A stretch of 64,000 nucleotides of DNA. It comes from an uncultured Actinomycetota bacterium (GTDB lineage Bacteria; Actinomycetota; UBA4738; HRBIN12). The position numbers and the translations under genes were made by a program. How positions within the stretch are numbered: the stretch's first letter is position 1; each line of letters begins with the position of its first letter. The stretch lies in the NCBI GenBank assembly GCA_963711655.1, contig CAVQEW010000006.1:66662-130661 (forward strand), in the 5' to 3' direction. The notes beneath the pieces were generated by a model. It had not been told where the DNA came from. It saw only the letters and a program-made list of their open reading frames with translations, and ran no database searches. Below are positions 61,779 through 64,000 of this stretch, in pieces.

Positions 61779-61831
61779 CAGGGTTGGGAACGTCCTCGGG
61801 CAGGATACTCCGGGCTCCGCAGGCCGAGACC

Positions 61832-62602
61832 TCAGACCAGACCGGAGAGGTCGTCGAGGACGATCGTGGGGCGCCACGGAGACCCCTCCACCTCGTCGCG
61901 CCGGGTGGCTCCGGTGAGCACGAGGGCGGAATCCCACCCCAGCCGGACCGCGCCTGCGATGTCGGTGTCGAGCCGATCCCCCACCACGATGGGTCGGCCA
62001 CCTCCGGCCGAGGCGAGCGCTCGCTCGAACAGGGGGGCCTCGGGTTTGCCGAAGACCTCGCCGCGCGCTCCCGTCGTGGTCTCGATCGCGGCGAGCAGCG
62101 CGCCGGCGCCCGGCCAGGACTCTCCCCCCGGAGCCGGGAACGAGGGGTCCGCGTTCGACGCCACGAGCGGGATGCCGCGTTCGACGAGGACCGAGGCATC
62201 CTTGAGCTTCGTGTAGTCGGCGCCGCGATCGAAACCCGACCACCACGACGTCGGGTCGTCGCCGAGCCCGTGCACGGCCTCGATGCCGGCTGCGGCGAGC
62301 GCCTCCACGAGGCCCTCCTCGCCGACCACGAAGGCCGAACGGACGCCCCGCTCGCTGAGGATCGTCGCCGTCACGAGCGCCGAGGTCACCACCTCTTCGG
62401 ACGAGGCGGTCACGCCGACGGAGCGCAGGCGCTCCGCGACCTGCGCGGGCGTCCGACTGGAGTTGTTGGTGACGAACGCCAGCCGCTTGCCGGCTTCGCG
62501 CAGCGCCGCCACGGCGTCCGCCGCCCCCGGGATGGGGTCGGGCCACCGGTAGAGCACCCCGTCCAGATCGAGCAGGATGACGTCGTACGGATCGGCGAGC
62601 AC
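61832..62602 (-). CDS. HAD-IIA family hydrolase
   Basis: 'ILLDLDGVLY', 'FVTNNSS' and 'VGDRLDTDI' in an intact 256-aa ORF. Confidence 0.8.
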   Translation of the reverse strand: MLADPYDVILLDLDGVLYRWPDPIPGAADAVAALREAGKRLAFVTNNSSRTPAQVAERLRSVGVTASSEEVVTSALVTATILSERGVRSAFVVGEEGLVEALAAAGIEAVHGLGDDPTSWWSGFDRGADYTKLKDASVLVERGIPLVASNADPSFPAPGGESWPGAGALLAAIETTTGARGEVFGKPEAPLFERALASAGGGRPIVVGDRLDTDIAGAVRLGWDSALVLTGATRRDEVEGSPWRPTIVLDDLSGLV

Positions 62603-62605
62603 GCC

Positions 62606-62977
62606 TCAGGCCGACAGGCGTTCGAGCACCCGAACGTAGTCGGGCACGTCGGGCCGCAGGACGACCGCGAGCTTCGCGTGGCCTCGCGCCCGCGAGCGCT
62701 GACCCGTGCGTTCGCAGGCAAGGGCGAGCGCGAAGTGCGCGTAGTCGTCGGACGGGTTGAGCTGCACCGCCTTCGCGAACTCGCGCCGGGCGCGCGAGGC
62801 TCGGCCGCACGCGTACAGCGCGCGCCCGAGCGCCTCACGGATCGATGCCTTCTCGGGCTCCAGCAGCTTGGCCTGCGAGAGCAGCATCACCGCCTGATGC
62901 GGATGGCCTCCCGCGAGCATCGACCGGCCGCGTTCGTACAGGTCGTACACCGAGCGCTCCTCGCGTTCCGCCTGCAC
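62606..62977 (-). CDS. tetratricopeptide repeat protein
   Basis: The TPR-like helices are 'ALGRALYACGRASRARREFAKAVQLNPSDDYAHFALALA'. Confidence 0.65.
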   Translation of the reverse strand: MQAEREERSVYDLYERGRSMLAGGHPHQAVMLLSQAKLLEPEKASIREALGRALYACGRASRARREFAKAVQLNPSDDYAHFALALACERTGQRSRARGHAKLAVVLRPDVPDYVRVLERLSA

Positions 62978-63204
62978 GGTCCTCGACCTCCGGGCGTTCG
63001 ATCTGATCCGTCGGCGGCATCCGCCGCGTCGGTTCGACGTTAGCAGCGGAGACGCGGAGCGTGTGCAGGCGAGGCCGCCGTCAGGCTGCGTTTATCTGAC
63101 CGGATCGGTCAACCGCCCCAGGGTTGAGTTCGTCACGCCATGCGATGGATGATGCAGAGCGCAACATCCCCTCGGCACCAGAGCCGACCCAGAAGGAGGC
63201 CTCG

Positions 63205-63946
63205 ATGGCTGCGCCTGACTCAGCGACCAGCTCGATGCTTCGTACACGACGCGCATTCCTCTTCGGTGGCATCGCTGCAGCGACCGGCCTGGTGACCCAG
63301 GCGATCCGCTCCGATCCCGCGCTCGCGGCCGACGACGACCCTGTGATCCTGGGGAATGAGAACCACGCTGAGAGGGTCACGGAGGTGAAGGGTGACGGGA
63401 ACAACACTTTCGCCTTCATCGGTGAAGCGACGGGGGTCACCGGCCTCGGAGTCGGGGTGATGGGGATGAGCCGGGCCGACGAAGGGACCGGCCTCTGGGG
63501 GGTGGCGACACAGCCGACCGGATCCAACCAAGGTGTGTTGGCGCGATCCCACTCGAGCGCCGGGACGGGCCTCTTCGCCCATGCGTCTGCACCGAGCGGG
63601 CCGGCCATCGCGGTCGATGCACGCGCCGACTCTCCCGAAGGCATCGCGAGTCCTTGCGCGCAATCCGCACACCGTCCCGCTCGCCACCGCACTCAAGGTC
63701 GAGGGCAACGTACGCTTCTCGACGGCCGGGATCGCGATCGTCCCGAAGGGCGCCGACCGAGTCTCCGTCGAGACGGGGCTCCAGCTCACGAGTGCATCGA
63801 AGATCCTCTGCACGCTCCAGTCCGATCCGGGCGGGAGGACCTCCCTACAACGCGTCGCGAAGAACGCAACCAACGACCTCTTCACGATCGTCCTGACGGC
63901 GGATGCGACGGCGCCGACCAGGGTCGCATGGTTCGTGATCGCCTAG
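63205..63946 (+). CDS. Tat-signal secreted hypothetical protein, frameshift near 63645
   Basis: The RBS GAAGGAGG is followed by 'RTRRAFLFGGIAAATGLV...ALAADD' (twin-arginine signal). The C-terminal half 'ALKVEGNVRFSTAGIAIVPKGADRV...' lies in the frame of ORF 63533..63946. Confidence 0.55.
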
Positions 63947-64000
63947 GATGTGGCCTCGTTGGTGATTGGCGGGATGACGAACACCGCGTCCGCACAAGGT

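Overview
The window is a very GC-rich chromosomal segment with Actinomycetota-like gene order. I judged GC content by eye and recalled the reference gene orders from memory. No database search or computation was possible, so every call rests on reading the supplied translations and the DNA.

The backbone is housekeeping, in four blocks:
- pafB/pafC-tatA-tatC-helY.
- cysS, then an lnt-ppm1 fusion.
- gcvPB/gcvPA-merR-nuclease-hpt-merR-FHA-gcvH-pgsA-tRNA-Pro.
- A long minus-strand run: der-cmk-aroA-tyrA-aroH-rluB-scpB-scpA-trpS, then deoA-deoB-dksA-like-xerD-ald-nudix-pyrG, then steA-recN-nadK-tlyA.

Three parts look accessory:
1. A compact orphan reverse transcriptase (13514-14335). It is divergent from an Lrp/AsnC regulator, and its 3' end is overlapped by an amidohydrolase gene.
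2. A roughly 9-kb island (19.0-28.0 kb) of three mosaic DUF11-repeat surface-protein genes. They carry near-perfect 330-bp tandem modules and an unusual (S/T)PFTGSD C-terminal sorting signal. Genes 2 and 3 also have duplicated structured 5' leaders and duplicated terminators. CAP/SCP-domain secreted proteins lie just downstream of the island.
3. A GT4/GT2 glycosyltransferase pair next to a copper-transporter-like gene.

A major caveat applies throughout. I could place about 40 frame disruptions by eye, and many fall in essential genes (tatC, trpS, recN, gcvPB, lnt-ppm1). This points to indel errors in the assembly more than to gene decay. The exception is the 5' half of surface gene 2, where disruptions are far denser. 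I found no CRISPR array, transposase, prophage or known defence system.
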